A stretch of DNA of 40,965 bases, taken from positions 1 to 40,965 of the forward strand of contig CAVUWW010000047.1 in NCBI GenBank assembly GCA_963745135.1. The letters run 5' to 3'. Positions 8,016 to 17,553 of this stretch are shown here, one piece after another. Position 1 is the first letter of the stretch. Every line of letters begins with the position of its first letter. A model generated the notes under the pieces. That model made no database searches, was not told the DNA's origin, and was given only the letters and a program-made list of their open reading frames with translations. This DNA comes from an uncultured bacterium. Its GTDB lineage: Bacteria; Patescibacteriota; Minisyncoccia; UBA6257; 2-01-FULL-56-20. The translations under genes were made by a program, and so were the position numbers.

Positions 8016-10595
8016 ATGAAATATGAACCGCTAGTTATTGAAGAGAAATGGCAAAAAAAATGGGAAGATGAAAAAGCTTTCAAGGTTACCGAGGATCCGC
8101 AAAAGGAAAAATATTATCTGCTGGAGATGTTTCCTTATCCTTCCGGCAAAATTCATATCGGCCATGTTCGCAATTACACCATAGGTGATGTTGTTGCCCG
8201 CTACAAGCGCATGAAGGGTTTCAATGTTCTGCATCCGATGGGCTGGGACGCTTTCGGCCTGCCCGCCGAAAACGCGGCAATCGAGCATAAAATTCACCCT
8301 GCCAAGTGGACCAACGAAAATATCAATCACATGAAAAAACAGCTCAAGCGCATGGGTTTCAGCTATGACTGGGACAGAGAAGTTTCCACCTGCGAGCCGA
8401 AATATTACCGCTGGGAACAGTTGTTCTTTATCTGGATGTATGAAAAAGGTCTGGCTTACAAGAAACGCTCCACGGTTAATTTCTGCACTAAGTGCGACAC
8501 GGTGCTCGCCAATGAACAGGTCGAAGGCGGACAGTGCTGGCGCTGCGGCACGGAAGTGCAGGAGAAGGTGCTAGATCAGTGGTTTTTCAAAATCACCGCC
8601 TACATCGAAGAATTGCTGGATTACTGCGACAAACTGCCCGGCTGGCCGGAACGTGTTATGACCATGCAGAAAAACTGGATCGGTAAAAGCTACGGCTGTG
8701 AAGTTGATTTTCCGATGGCCGACGGAAACGGCGCCATCAAGGTATTTACCACCCGTCAGGACACGCTCTTCGGTGCGACCTTCATGCTGGTTGCCGCCGA
8801 GCATCCGTTGGTTACGCAACTGACCAAAGGCAAGGTCATCGAAAAAGATGTTCTGCAGTTTGTTGATAAAGTCAAAAAACAGGACAAACTAATGCGGACT
8901 TCGGAATATTACGAAAAGGAAGGCATGTTTCTGGATGCTTACTGCAAGAATCCTCTGACGGGAAAGGAAATGCCCATCTTCGCGGCAAATTTTGTTCTGG
9001 CTGATTACGGCACCGGCTGTGTCATGGCTGTGCCCACGCACGATCAGCGCGACTTTGAATTTGCCAAGAAATTCAATCTGCCGCTGATTGTGGTCATTTC
9101 ACCGAAAGACAAAACTCTCGATCCGGCGACGATGACTGAAGCTTACGTTGATGAAGGAATTCTCGTCAACTCCGGTCAATTTAATGGCATGGAAAACACC
9201 AAGGTTCTGGAATCCATCGCCGATTTTCTGGAAAAAGAAGGAAAGGGCAAACGCACTATTCAGTATCGTCTGCGCGACTGGGGTATTTCCCGCCAGCGCT
9301 ACTGGGGCGCGCCGATTCCCATGATCAACTGCGATAAATGCGGTATCGTTCCTGTCGCTGAAAAAGACCTGCCCGTTGTACTGCCGGAAAATATTAAGCT
9401 AAGTTCCGAAGGCGGTTCACCGCTCGCGTCCCTGAAAGAATTTGTCGATACAACCTGCCCCAAATGCGGTGGCAAGGCCGCGCGTGAAACGGATACAATG
9501 GACACATTCGTGGAGTCGTCCTGGTACTTTGACCGCTTCTGCTGTCCTGATTGCGATACCAAGCCCGGGCTTGACCGAAAAAAACTGGATTATTGGATGC
9601 CTGTTGACCAGTACATCGGCGGCATTGAGCACGCCATTCTTCATCTGCTTTACGCCCGCTTCTATACAAAGATGCTGCGCGATTTCGGAGTAATCGGCGT
9701 AGATGAGCCTTTCACCAATTTGCTGACGCAGGGCATGGTCTGCAAGGAAACAATGAAGTGCAAAGAGCATGGTTATCTTTTTCCGGAGCAGGTAGTGGAT
9801 GGCAAGTGTAAAATTTGCGGGAAAAAAGTTATTATCGGCAAGACCGAAAAAATGTCCAAATCGCTGAAGAACGTTATCGACCCCGATTATCTGATAAAAA
9901 CCTACGGCGCCGATACCGCGCGGATATTTTGCCTGTTTGCCGCGCCGCCGGAAAAAGATTTGGAATGGAGCGATCAGGGCGTGGAAGGGTCTTTCCGCTT
10001 TCTCGGACGCCTGTGGCGCATCGTTGATGAATATCTCGAAGACATCAAGACCATTGAGTCTCTATCAGGCGTTGTTGAACTGGAAGGAGAATTAAAAGCT
10101 CTGCGGCGCAAAACTCATCAGACTATCCGCAAAGTAACAATAGATATTGAAGACCGCTTCCATTTCAATACGGCCATCAGTGCCGTAATGGAGCTGGTTA
10201 ACACCGTCTATCAAATCAAACGTCCCGCCAGTGATGATAAACAAGCGCTGGCCACTGTCCGGGAAGCGCTGGAGGCGGCTGTAATTCTTCTGGTGCCGAT
10301 TGTGCCGCATATAACGGAAGAACTCTGGCAGATGCTCGGCCATAAAACTTTAGCCGCTGATATTCCCTGGCCGCAGTTTGATTCGGCGATTGCCAGTGAG
10401 GAGGAGATGACAATTGTTGTGCAGATTAACGGCAAGCTGCGCAGCAGAATGACCGTCGCGGTGGACGAAGATCCGGAGAAAATAAAGGCAAACGCGCTGG
10501 CCGATGAAAAAATTGTTTCCTTGATGTCGGGCTCGAAAATATTGAAAGTTATTTACGTGCCCAAGAAACTGGTCAATATTGTTATTGCACAATAA
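8016..10595 (+). CDS. leuS: Leucine--tRNA ligase
   Basis: HIGH motif ([15 protein letters not shown]), KMSKS motif (KMSKSLKN), CP1 editing domain and about 860 aa. The ORF track starts at TTG 8010. ATG 8016 is the more likely start. Confidence 0.95.
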   Translation: MKYEPLVIEEKWQKKWEDEKAFKVTEDPQKEKYYLLEMFPYPSGKIHIGHVRNYTIGDVVARYKRMKGFNVLHPMGWDAFGLPAENAAIEHKIHPAKWTNENINHMKKQLKRMGFSYDWDREVSTCEPKYYRWEQLFFIWMYEKGLAYKKRSTVNFCTKCDTVLANEQVEGGQCWRCGTEVQEKVLDQWFFKITAYIEELLDYCDKLPGWPERVMTMQKNWIGKSYGCEVDFPMADGNGAIKVFTTRQDTLFGATFMLVAAEHPLVTQLTKGKVIEKDVLQFVDKVKKQDKLMRTSEYYEKEGMFLDAYCKNPLTGKEMPIFAANFVLADYGTGCVMAVPTHDQRDFEFAKKFNLPLIVVISPKDKTLDPATMTEAYVDEGILVNSGQFNGMENTKVLESIADFLEKEGKGKRTIQYRLRDWGISRQRYWGAPIPMINCDKCGIVPVAEKDLPVVLPENIKLSSEGGSPLASLKEFVDTTCPKCGGKAARETDTMDTFVESSWYFDRFCCPDCDTKPGLDRKKLDYWMPVDQYIGGIEHAILHLLYARFYTKMLRDFGVIGVDEPFTNLLTQGMVCKETMKCKEHGYLFPEQVVDGKCKICGKKVIIGKTEKMSKSLKNVIDPDYLIKTYGADTARIFCLFAAPPEKDLEWSDQGVEGSFRFLGRLWRIVDEYLEDIKTIESLSGVVELEGELKALRRKTHQTIRKVTIDIEDRFHFNTAISAVMELVNTVYQIKRPASDDKQALATVREALEAAVILLVPIVPHITEELWQMLGHKTLAADIPWPQFDSAIASEEEMTIVVQINGKLRSRMTVAVDEDPEKIKANALADEKIVSLMSGSKILKVIYVPKKLVNIVIAQ

Positions 10596-10619
10596 AGTGA
10601 CAGGATAAATGGTGTTATT

Positions 10620-11156
10620 ATGAAAAAACTTAATCGTCCGGTGTTGATTAGAATCACAATCGTCTGTTTTTCTTTTATCGTTTTGTTCGGTTGTGGCTAT
10701 ACCTTCGCTCCGCGGGGCGAATATATCGACAAACATATTACTACTGTTTATGTCCAATTTTTTGAGAATAAGACGTCTCAGGCAGAGTTGGAAAATTACG
10801 TCCGGACAGCTTTCATTAACCAGTTTATTCAAAACAGCCGTTTAAAGATTGTGGGAAGCGCTGAAGAAGCGGATGCAATAGTTAAAGGGAAAATTCTTAA
10901 TCTTAATACGTCACCCCTTTCTTATGGCAGCAATTCTCTAGTGGCTGAAGAGCGGGCAACAATGATACTGGAAGTAGATTTTTGGGAAAAGGAAAGCGGC
11001 AAAACTATCTGGAGTTCGAAAAATATAACCGGCACAGTTGATTACACCTTAAGCACGGACATTAATTCGGTTCCCGCAATCAAAAAGGATGCGTTCATTA
11101 AGCTGGCCAACAACACGGCAGAAAAAGCTTTCAACCTGATAATGTCCGGATTTTAG
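10620..11156 (+). CDS. lptE: LPS-assembly lipoprotein LptE-like
   Basis: Signal peptide with the lipobox LFGC followed by GYTF. About 178 aa and immediately downstream of leuS, which is the conserved leuS-lptE arrangement. Confidence 0.6.
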   Translation: MKKLNRPVLIRITIVCFSFIVLFGCGYTFAPRGEYIDKHITTVYVQFFENKTSQAELENYVRTAFINQFIQNSRLKIVGSAEEADAIVKGKILNLNTSPLSYGSNSLVAEERATMILEVDFWEKESGKTIWSSKNITGTVDYTLSTDINSVPAIKKDAFIKLANNTAEKAFNLIMSGF

Positions 11157-11194
11157 CGACACTCGCTGATAGTGAGCCAAGCTGAAAATGAGCT

Positions 11195-11310
11195 TTGCGA
11201 AGTTTGAAGCGTAAGGCGAACTATACCAGGTGCAAAGCACCGTGGTAGAACGAGTATAGCGAAGTTCGAAGCGTAAGTGGAGCTAATCCCGAAGCATAGC
11301 GAAGCGGGAT
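11195..11310. repeat. Two further copies of the GAAGTTYGAAGCGTAAG repeat
   Basis: GCGAAGTTTGAAGCGTAAGG at about 11195 and GCGAAGTTCGAAGCGTAAGTGGAGCTAATCCCG...CGGGAT at about 11259-11306, in the lptE-glycosyltransferase spacer. Confidence 0.5.
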
Positions 11311-11311
11311 A

Positions 11312-12259
11312 ATGTACAGTTTAATTATGAAGCCTTTAGTTCGAAAATTTGGCCGGTTCCTTCTCCTGCCTCTGAATAATGAAAAAGAGGCAATGAGTAG
11401 TTGGCCTGCAGATACATCCAATGTTAAAGAAATCAAGCAGCTTTCTTCGTTCCTGAAAAAAATATCCAGTAAATATTTACTGTTAATTGCCGACGAAAAA
11501 AAAATCAACTGCGATGAATTATCACTGCGCCGCCTGCTCAAGGTTGTCGAAAAAAAACGCGCCGGCATCGTTTATTCGGATTATTTTGTGAGCGAAGGAA
11601 ATAATCTGACTGAGCATCCGCTGATCGATTATCAACAGGGCAGTATCCGCGACGATTTTAATTTTGGGCACCTTTTGCTTTTTTCCTGTGACGCTGTGAA
11701 ATCCGTTCTGCAAAAATACGGCTCGTTGCCATCCGACGCGAGTGAGGCTTTATACGACTTGCGCTTGAAAATTTCCACTGATTATGAATTGATTCATGTG
11801 CCTCAGTTTTTTTACAAGGTATCCGTTAAAGAACAGAATAAAAATAAAATATCCGGTGGAGCCCCTCCGGCAGAAGCCGGAGGCTCCTTTCCAAAACGCG
11901 ACATCCCGCGATTGGCAGAAAGCATTCAACCCCCAGCGGGAGCTGGGAGCTTTCTGCAGCGGGGCAAAAAAACAGAGGCTCACTTCGCCTATGTTGCGAA
12001 AGAAGATTTCACTCTTCAGAAAAAACTTGAAAAAATAGCGACAAATCATTTGAAGCGAATCGCGGCATGTCTTCCGCCGCAAAATAAGAAAACAAATAAA
12101 GAACAGAATGAAAGGCAGTGGAAAGCGAGTATCATTATCCCCGTGCTCAACCGCAAAAAAACAATTGCAGATGCGTTGACCAGCGCTCTGGAGCAAAAAA
12201 CTGATTTCGCATTCAATGTTATTGTCTGCGGTCGGCTGGTAGAGCGAAGCCGAACTTGA
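11312..12259 (+). CDS. Glycosyltransferase-like protein (two GT-like modules), 3'-truncated at the junction
   Basis: The C-terminal part reads ASIIIPVLNRKKTIADALTSALEQ...FNVIVC, which is the opening of a GT2 fold. It then breaks off into unrelated sequence at about 12237. The ORF reads through the repeat at 11856-11965. Confidence 0.6.
   Translation: MYSLIMKPLVRKFGRFLLLPLNNEKEAMSSWPADTSNVKEIKQLSSFLKKISSKYLLLIADEKKINCDELSLRRLLKVVEKKRAGIVYSDYFVSEGNNLTEHPLIDYQQGSIRDDFNFGHLLLFSCDAVKSVLQKYGSLPSDASEALYDLRLKISTDYELIHVPQFFYKVSVKEQNKNKISGGAPPAEAGGSFPKRDIPRLAESIQPPAGAGSFLQRGKKTEAHFAYVAKEDFTLQKKLEKIATNHLKRIAACLPPQNKKTNKEQNERQWKASIIIPVLNRKKTIADALTSALEQKTDFAFNVIVCGRLVERSRT
11856..11965. repeat. Structured multi-hairpin repeat, copy 2, lying inside a CDS
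   Basis: Aligns with the reverse complement of 3519-3640. The hairpin CCCAGC-GGGA-GCTGGG at 11932-11947 carries a compensated G-C to A-T change relative to copy 1. Confidence 0.65.
12230..12245. other. Compositional and gene-content breakpoint (probable chimeric join or recombination junction)
   Basis: The plus-strand GT gene loses homology and the minus-strand small membrane-protein gene loses sense at the same point. Base composition and codon usage change abruptly here. Confidence 0.7.
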
Positions 12260-12436
12260 CCCAGGTGCCGTCGTGCCGGACTTGGGCGCAAAGGGAGCCA
12301 AAAGATTGCTGAAAAAACTGCTGATCCCGTTCGCCTGCGCCCGAGGCGCGTTCGCCGAATAGCCCAAAGCGATGCCAGCGATAAGAGCCACCGCCACGAT
12401 GCCGATGATAATAGCCCTGTTATTCTTGTTATTCAT
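12245..12436 (-). CDS. N-terminal fragment of a small membrane-anchored protein (truncated at the junction)
   Basis: MNNKNNRAIIIGIVAVALIAGIALGY... is a plausible TM anchor. The remainder of ORF 11750-12436 is antisense to the GT gene and reads as nonsense. Confidence 0.35.
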
Positions 12437-12527
12437 AGGTGTATTGTAGTGTTTTTAAGTGAACCCTTCATGAAGAATGACCCTGTATTTTAGAATACGA
12501 AAAAGTGAAAAAAAGGTTGCAGGAAAG

Positions 12528-12581
12528 CCAAGAACCGAAGACGGTCTTCAAATCCCAAAGAAGACCGTCTTCGGTTCTTGG
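12528..12581. terminator. Perfect 22-bp inverted repeat with loop AAATCCCAAA, downstream of the cysteine desulfurase gene
   Basis: CCAAGAACCGAAGACGGTCTTC / GAAGACCGTCTTCGGTTCTTGG. The stem core and loop are related to the hairpin at 40899-40934. Confidence 0.5.
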
Positions 12582-12632
12582 GTCTTCGGTTCTTCCGATA
12601 TTATCCTCGTGCAGGCGGGAATCCATGATTGC

Positions 12633-13967
12633 TTAATGATTAATATCCCCTATTATCCCCACTGCCGCGTCAATCTCTCTCTTTGTCGTCGGGCGGCCGA
12701 GGCTGAAACGGATGGAGGATTTTGAGCGAGACGGGAGACGGGAGACGGGAGACGGGAGGGCTTCAATAACGTACGATGACTCCATCGCGCGCGACCGGCA
12801 CGCAGAACCGGACGAGACCGCAAGCCCGTTCAGGTCGAATCTCGTCAGCAAATCCTGCGCCGCGTGGTTGGGAAAGTAGACGTTAAGGATGTTTGGGAGC
12901 GAGATTGGAGGTTGCCGCCCTTCGGGCGAGCCTCGCTCCGCAGGGAGCATGGAGGTTGGATTAATTCCATTAATTTCCGCCTTTGGATAAATCTTCCTTA
13001 TTCCGCGCCAAAGATAATCCCGCAATTCTCTCATTCGTTCATTCGTTCGAATGAGCAAATGACCGCGCAACTCTACTGCCTTTGCAAAACCAACAATCGC
13101 TGGCACGTTTTCCGTCCCGGAGCGGAGACCGAATTCCTGCCCGCCGCCGGAAAGAAGAGGGAGAAAGGAGAAGGGAGAAGGGAGTGGCTTCCCCCTCCCC
13201 ATTTCCTCCTCCCTGCTCCCTCGAACATACAATGCCCCAATCCCCTTCGGCCCGTAAATCTTGTGCGCCGAGAGCGTCATCAGATCCACGCCGAGATTTT
13301 GGACGTTGCAATCGAGGAATTGGAACGCCTGCGCGGCGTCGGTGTGGAGGAATGGGTAGGGGTTGGAGGTTGGAGGTTGGAGGTTGGATTTTTTCGCCCT
13401 AGACTCTAATCTCTTATTTCTAATCTCTCTGAAATTTCGCACGATTTTCGAAATTTCAGAAATCGGCTGAATGCTGCCAATCTCATTGTTTGCGTACATG
13501 ATTGAAATCAGAACTGTCCGGTCGTTTAAAGATTCTTTCAGTTTTTTCAAATTAATGATCCCCTGCTTGTTGACCGGCAAATAAACAACTTCAACGCCGT
13601 CGCGCTCGAGGTCGCGCGCAGTTTCTAAAACTGATTCATGTTCAATCGCGGAAATTATTATTCTCGGTTTGCTCCTGGTTCGTAGCTCATGGCTCATGGC
13701 CCCTCGCACTGCGCCGCGCAGTGCGAGATTATTCGCTTCGGTAGCGGATCCGGTAAAAATAACCTCCCGAAACTCCGCGCCGATCGCCTTCGCGACTGTC
13801 TCGCGCGACCGGTCCACCGCCGCAATCGCTTCCTGCCCAAAAAAATGCAACGACCCTGGATTGCCGAATTTTTCTGAAAAATAGGGCTTCATCGCACGCA
13901 AAACACGTTCGTCCACGGGCGTAGAAGCAGCATAATCAAGATAAATCCTTTTTTTGGGAAGGTTCAT
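12633..13967 (-). CDS. Cysteine desulfurase (NifS/IscS class V aminotransferase) with low-complexity inserts
   Basis: Motifs YLDYAASTP, FTGSATEANN, HTDAAQ, SAHKIYGPKGIGALYVR, GGGQEFGLRSGTENV, SSGSAC and IRFSLG. At 444 aa it is about 50 aa longer than I recall as usual for this family (an approximate figure). Confidence 0.9.
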   Translation of the reverse strand: MNLPKKRIYLDYAASTPVDERVLRAMKPYFSEKFGNPGSLHFFGQEAIAAVDRSRETVAKAIGAEFREVIFTGSATEANNLALRGAVRGAMSHELRTRSKPRIIISAIEHESVLETARDLERDGVEVVYLPVNKQGIINLKKLKESLNDRTVLISIMYANNEIGSIQPISEISKIVRNFREIRNKRLESRAKKSNLQPPTSNPYPFLHTDAAQAFQFLDCNVQNLGVDLMTLSAHKIYGPKGIGALYVRGSREEEMGRGKPLPSPFSFLPLLSGGGQEFGLRSGTENVPAIVGFAKAVELRGHLLIRTNERMRELRDYLWRGIRKIYPKAEINGINPTSMLPAERGSPEGRQPPISLPNILNVYFPNHAAQDLLTRFDLNGLAVSSGSACRSRAMESSYVIEALPSPVSRLPSRSKSSIRFSLGRPTTKREIDAAVGIIGDINH

Positions 13968-13975
13968 TTTCCATC

Positions 13976-14048
13976 GTCATCCCGAGTCCGCCGAGGGATC
14001 TTTCCTTAATTAAAGAACGGTCGGGATTCCTCGCAAGCTCGGAATGAC
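13976..14048. repeat. Inverted pair of GTCATYCC...GGRATC palindromic units
   Basis: GTCATCCCGAGTCCGCCGAGGGATC at 13976-14000. The reverse complement of 14023-14048 reads GTCATTCCGAGCTTGCGAGGAATCCC. The same family occurs at 21142-21220. Confidence 0.6.
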
Positions 14049-14061
14049 AGAAAAACGGAAT

Positions 14062-14649
14062 TTATAATAGTGCTGGCGCGATTGCAACTCCCGCAAATTC
14101 AACCCTCACCACTCCCCCATTTTTTTTGTCCGGCACCATGAAGAAGCGCTGCTTTTCGTACAGATCAAATAATTCCTTCGTCAGCTTCACGTCGTTCAGG
14201 CAATACTCCTTGAGCTCGGCGATTTTGCCTTCGCGATAGAGCGCGATTGCCATTGAGCCATGCGAATTTTTTTTCACGCCGAGATTCGCTTCCGCCAAGC
14301 GGCTCAAGCTGATCCGTTGGCCGCCCATTGCCGATTCAATCCTTTCAAGCAAATCAATGCGCTCTTTGCCCCAAAGGTTCGGATTGTGCACAACTCCGTG
14401 CAACCTGCTGAAGTAGTTGTTCAGCACCGGCACGTCGTAGCGGTTCATGCAGAAGCCGACAATCCGTTTCGTACCGTTAAATAGTTCCGCAAGCGGTTCC
14501 ATCTCGTGCTCCTCGAACGCGAAATATTTATCCTGTAAATAGGAATAAACGCAAACTACCGAAATTTTGAGCGCTGCAAAGTTGTCATACCCCACATCAG
14601 GGTCGGTGAAAAAATTTTGCGTTTCAATGTCGAAGACGAGGGTGTCCAT
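14062..14649 (-). CDS. RNase H-like / DEDD 3'-5' exonuclease domain protein
   Basis: Begins MDTLVFDIETQNFF (ExoI-type DxE motif). The start is taken at the internal ATG 14649, because the upstream part of ORF 14062-14745 translates a repeat. Confidence 0.6.
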   Translation of the reverse strand: MDTLVFDIETQNFFTDPDVGYDNFAALKISVVCVYSYLQDKYFAFEEHEMEPLAELFNGTKRIVGFCMNRYDVPVLNNYFSRLHGVVHNPNLWGKERIDLLERIESAMGGQRISLSRLAEANLGVKKNSHGSMAIALYREGKIAELKEYCLNDVKLTKELFDLYEKQRFFMVPDKKNGGVVRVEFAGVAIAPALL

Positions 14650-14784
14650 GGAAATGTTTATGCGAATCGATATAATGCGAATTTGCGAATGTATGCGAAT
14701 AATGCTAATGGGATGGACCGTTTTTTCTATTCGCGGCATTCGCACGCCATTCGCGGATTCGCATTACGCTCATTCGCACATTCA

Positions 14785-15309
14785 CTACACATGCCTATCC
14801 GCCACGCTTGTAGCCGCATAGCTCTCCGGCTTCGTTTTCGCCTGAAAGTTGTTCGCCCGGATCATGCCGACAACTTCCTGGATCATCACTCTCGTCGGGC
14901 CGTTCGCGCCAATGTCGGCGTGGATCTCAAACTCGAATTCCGGCAATGGGAATCTCTGCAGCTCGGTCAATATTTCTTTCGCAACATCAATGGAAATCAA
15001 AACTTCGCGGATGATACGGTCGCGCAGCGTGTGGAATTTGCCAAGCTCGAACCGCCGCCAGAAATACCGCCCGCCGTTGCCGATGCGATGCACCACGATT
15101 GCCGTCACAAAGTCCGCGTCCTTGTCCGCCGCGAGTTCCGAATCCGTGCCGATGGTTATTCTATACCGCCGCGAAGAGTCGGAGCGCATATAGGAAATGA
15201 CCTCCCGGACCACCTCCGCCGCCGTGAGCCGCGCCTCCAAAGTGCTGCTGAAAAACAGGACCGGTTCGACAATCTGTTTGCTTTCAATGCTTTTCAACGC
15301 TGTTTTCAT
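14785..15309 (-). CDS. YkuK/DUF458-family RNase H-like protein
   Basis: RITIGTDSE...DFVTAIVVHRIGNGGRYFWRR matches the DUF458 pattern. 174 aa. Confidence 0.6.
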   Translation of the reverse strand: MKTALKSIESKQIVEPVLFFSSTLEARLTAAEVVREVISYMRSDSSRRYRITIGTDSELAADKDADFVTAIVVHRIGNGGRYFWRRFELGKFHTLRDRIIREVLISIDVAKEILTELQRFPLPEFEFEIHADIGANGPTRVMIQEVVGMIRANNFQAKTKPESYAATSVADRHV

Positions 15310-16759
15310 TTGTTTGGATTGTACGGCTGCTAACGATGATTGTCAAAGCACAATCCCGATATGAATACGCAAACCAGCCGAGCGCGGCGTAATAGATCGC
15401 GAACGAAGCCGCTGAATTGAAATAGAGCGGCAATGGGACGGCGAATGTCGCGAAGATTTTTATGACGGCGAAATCATACAGTAAAATCACGCCCGAGAAT
15501 TTCGCGACGATAATTCCGAGATAGCGCGAAATAAATCCGGAAAATGCGAGCGCGTAGCCGGAGGATATCGCGAAAAGCATCGAAATCCCGACGAGCGCGT
15601 TTGAAAGGAAGATGGCCAAAGAAAACTCCTGTCCGGAATCGGCGACGATGACCGGAATGATTGCAAGCAAAACGGCGAGGGCGATAAGGACGCTTTCTCT
15701 CCAATAAAGTACTCCGTGGCCGGACTTCTCCCATTTAAAAAATTTCTTGAGCGGCGGCATGAGATACACGATTCCCGCAACGCTCAAGAATGAAAGCGTG
15801 AACCCGAATTGGACAATGATCGTTGGGCTGAAAAATACCATGCCCGCGGCGATGACCGCAAGCGCGTTCCGTTTTGAAAGCGGCCGACCGATCTCTTTCG
15901 CTAGGACGATGAAAAATGCCATGATTGCCGCACGGATGACGACCGCCGCGGCGCCGGCCATCGCGACGAAAAGGACAATTGAAATGAGAACAAGCAAAAA
16001 TCTTAATCGCCGCGCGAGGCGGCGCTTCAATGCCTCCTCGATTGCCCACGCGACGACGTAAATCTTGAAGCCGTACATCGAAGTGATGTACGAAGTCCCC
16101 GAAAGCGACATTTCATTTTTCAAGTCGGCGCTCATGCCGTCCGTGCCGCCAAGCGTGATGCCGTTCAAAAGCGCGGCCGCATCCGGCGAAAGGAATTCCT
16201 GGAATTTTCCGAGCACCGCCGCCTTGAAATCAAGCATTTTCTCACGCAGCCAAAACCCGCGATGCTCGGCGACCAGCGTCACCGTTTTCGGAAATGCCAC
16301 TGGCCCCCCGCCCGGATTTTCTCCGGCATCAACCGTTCCCTTCAGCGCTAGCAAATCGCCATAATGGACATCCGATGACAACGCAACAAAAACCATACCT
16401 TCGCCCGAAAACGGCGGCTGAACCACAGCAGGAAAATATGAAAATTTGTCCGAGGACTTCGGCTCATCAGAAACAATAGCCGAAAAAGAAATTAACTTGC
16501 CGACTGGCAGAGTATTGCGCGCCGCGTCCCAATGCGAATAAAGATGATAATAAAAAGCCCCAAAGATCACTACGGCGAAGAATAGCAGGGCAAATCTCCA
16601 GAATCGAACCCATCGCTTGGCAAGTAGCAATGCAAAATCCGGCAACAAAAACAAAGCCGGCAAACCAAGCCATCTGCCAGCCCAAACCGGCCGCCAAGAC
16701 GCCGGCCAAAAACGCCGCCGCAACGCCAAACGCAACATCGCCAATTGCCATCCCCTCAT
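15284..16759 (-). CDS. comEC: ComEC/Rec2-family competence membrane protein (no beta-lactamase domain)
   Basis: 491 aa, polytopic. An N-terminal OB/DUF4131-like region (VSDEPK...YGDLLALKG) is followed by the multi-TM competence domain. Confidence 0.7.
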   Translation of the reverse strand: MRGWQLAMLRLALRRRFWPASWRPVWAGRWLGLPALFLLPDFALLLAKRWVRFWRFALLFFAVVIFGAFYYHLYSHWDAARNTLPVGKLISFSAIVSDEPKSSDKFSYFPAVVQPPFSGEGMVFVALSSDVHYGDLLALKGTVDAGENPGGGPVAFPKTVTLVAEHRGFWLREKMLDFKAAVLGKFQEFLSPDAAALLNGITLGGTDGMSADLKNEMSLSGTSYITSMYGFKIYVVAWAIEEALKRRLARRLRFLLVLISIVLFVAMAGAAAVVIRAAIMAFFIVLAKEIGRPLSKRNALAVIAAGMVFFSPTIIVQFGFTLSFLSVAGIVYLMPPLKKFFKWEKSGHGVLYWRESVLIALAVLLAIIPVIVADSGQEFSLAIFLSNALVGISMLFAISSGYALAFSGFISRYLGIIVAKFSGVILLYDFAVIKIFATFAVPLPLYFNSAASFAIYYAALGWFAYSYRDCALTIIVSSRTIQTNENSVEKH

Positions 16760-16823
16760 AATAAGGGGTGATTATTTACGAATTTGCTAAAAAATAAAAA
16801 CTCGCTTTTTACTTCATTAAAAT

Positions 16824-17498
16824 TTAATGTTGCTTTTTCCGCCTCCACGCCTCTATTTTTTTATGATCCCCGGAAAGCAGTATCTTCGGCACCGCCCACT
16901 TTTTTCCTTTTTTCGGCGCGAAAACTTCCGGACGCGTGTATGTCGGGAATGAGCCGTTTATTTCCTCGAGCGATTCCCGCTTACCAAGGAATCCCGGGAT
17001 AAAGCGGCTGACGGATTCCATCAAAACGAGCGCCGGCAGTTCGCCGCCGGACAAAATGTAATCGCCAATCGAAATTTCTTCGTCTGCGATATATTTTGCC
17101 ACGCGCTCGTCCACGCCCTCGTAACGGCCGCAAATGAGAATAAGCGAATCGCAGGACGCCAATCGCTTGGCAATTTTTGCATCTAATTTTTTGCCCCTTG
17201 TTGAAAAAAGGATGGTTCGAATTTTTGGCTTGCTGCGCTTGGCGCTCCGCGATTTGCGCTCAGCGATTTTCAAAATCGACCCAACCGCCCTATAAATAGG
17301 ATCAATTTTGAAAACCATGCCAACTCCCCCCCCGAACGGCCGGTCATCCACTTTGTGATGCTTGTCGGTCGTGAAATCGCGCAGATTGTACGTTTTGACG
17401 GTGATCAATTTTTCCTTTTGCGCGCGCTTAAAAAACGATTCGTTTAAATATGAATCGAAAATTTCGGGAAAGATGGTGAGAATGTGAAAACGTTTCAT
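16824..17498 (-). CDS. trmD: tRNA (guanine37-N1)-methyltransferase
   Basis: MKRFHILTIFPEIF...DDRPFGGGVGMV...GRYEGVDERV...ISIGDYILSGGELPALVL are classic TrmD motifs. Confidence 0.95.
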   Translation of the reverse strand: MKRFHILTIFPEIFDSYLNESFFKRAQKEKLITVKTYNLRDFTTDKHHKVDDRPFGGGVGMVFKIDPIYRAVGSILKIAERKSRSAKRSKPKIRTILFSTRGKKLDAKIAKRLASCDSLILICGRYEGVDERVAKYIADEEISIGDYILSGGELPALVLMESVSRFIPGFLGKRESLEEINGSFPTYTRPEVFAPKKGKKWAVPKILLSGDHKKIEAWRRKKQH

Positions 17499-17553
17499 CC
17501 TTAATCCTTAACCCTTAACCCTTAACAGAACGTCAAAGATCAAGGATTAAAGA

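Noticed and set aside
11750-12436. 228-aa minus-strand ORF spanning the junction
   Set aside because: Only the first 65 or so residues (12245-12436) look like protein. The rest is antisense to the glycosyltransferase-like gene and crosses the compositional breakpoint.
12477-12725. 82-aa plus-strand ORF
   Set aside because: It is built from the 22-bp palindrome and the antisense of the cysteine desulfurase 3' end. It lacks start signals.
12728-13420. Possible CRISPR array, suggested by the short tandem repeats
   Set aside because: The units are 7 nt with no spacers, and they lie inside a conserved enzyme gene. Nothing in the window has 25-40-nt repeats alternating with unique spacers.
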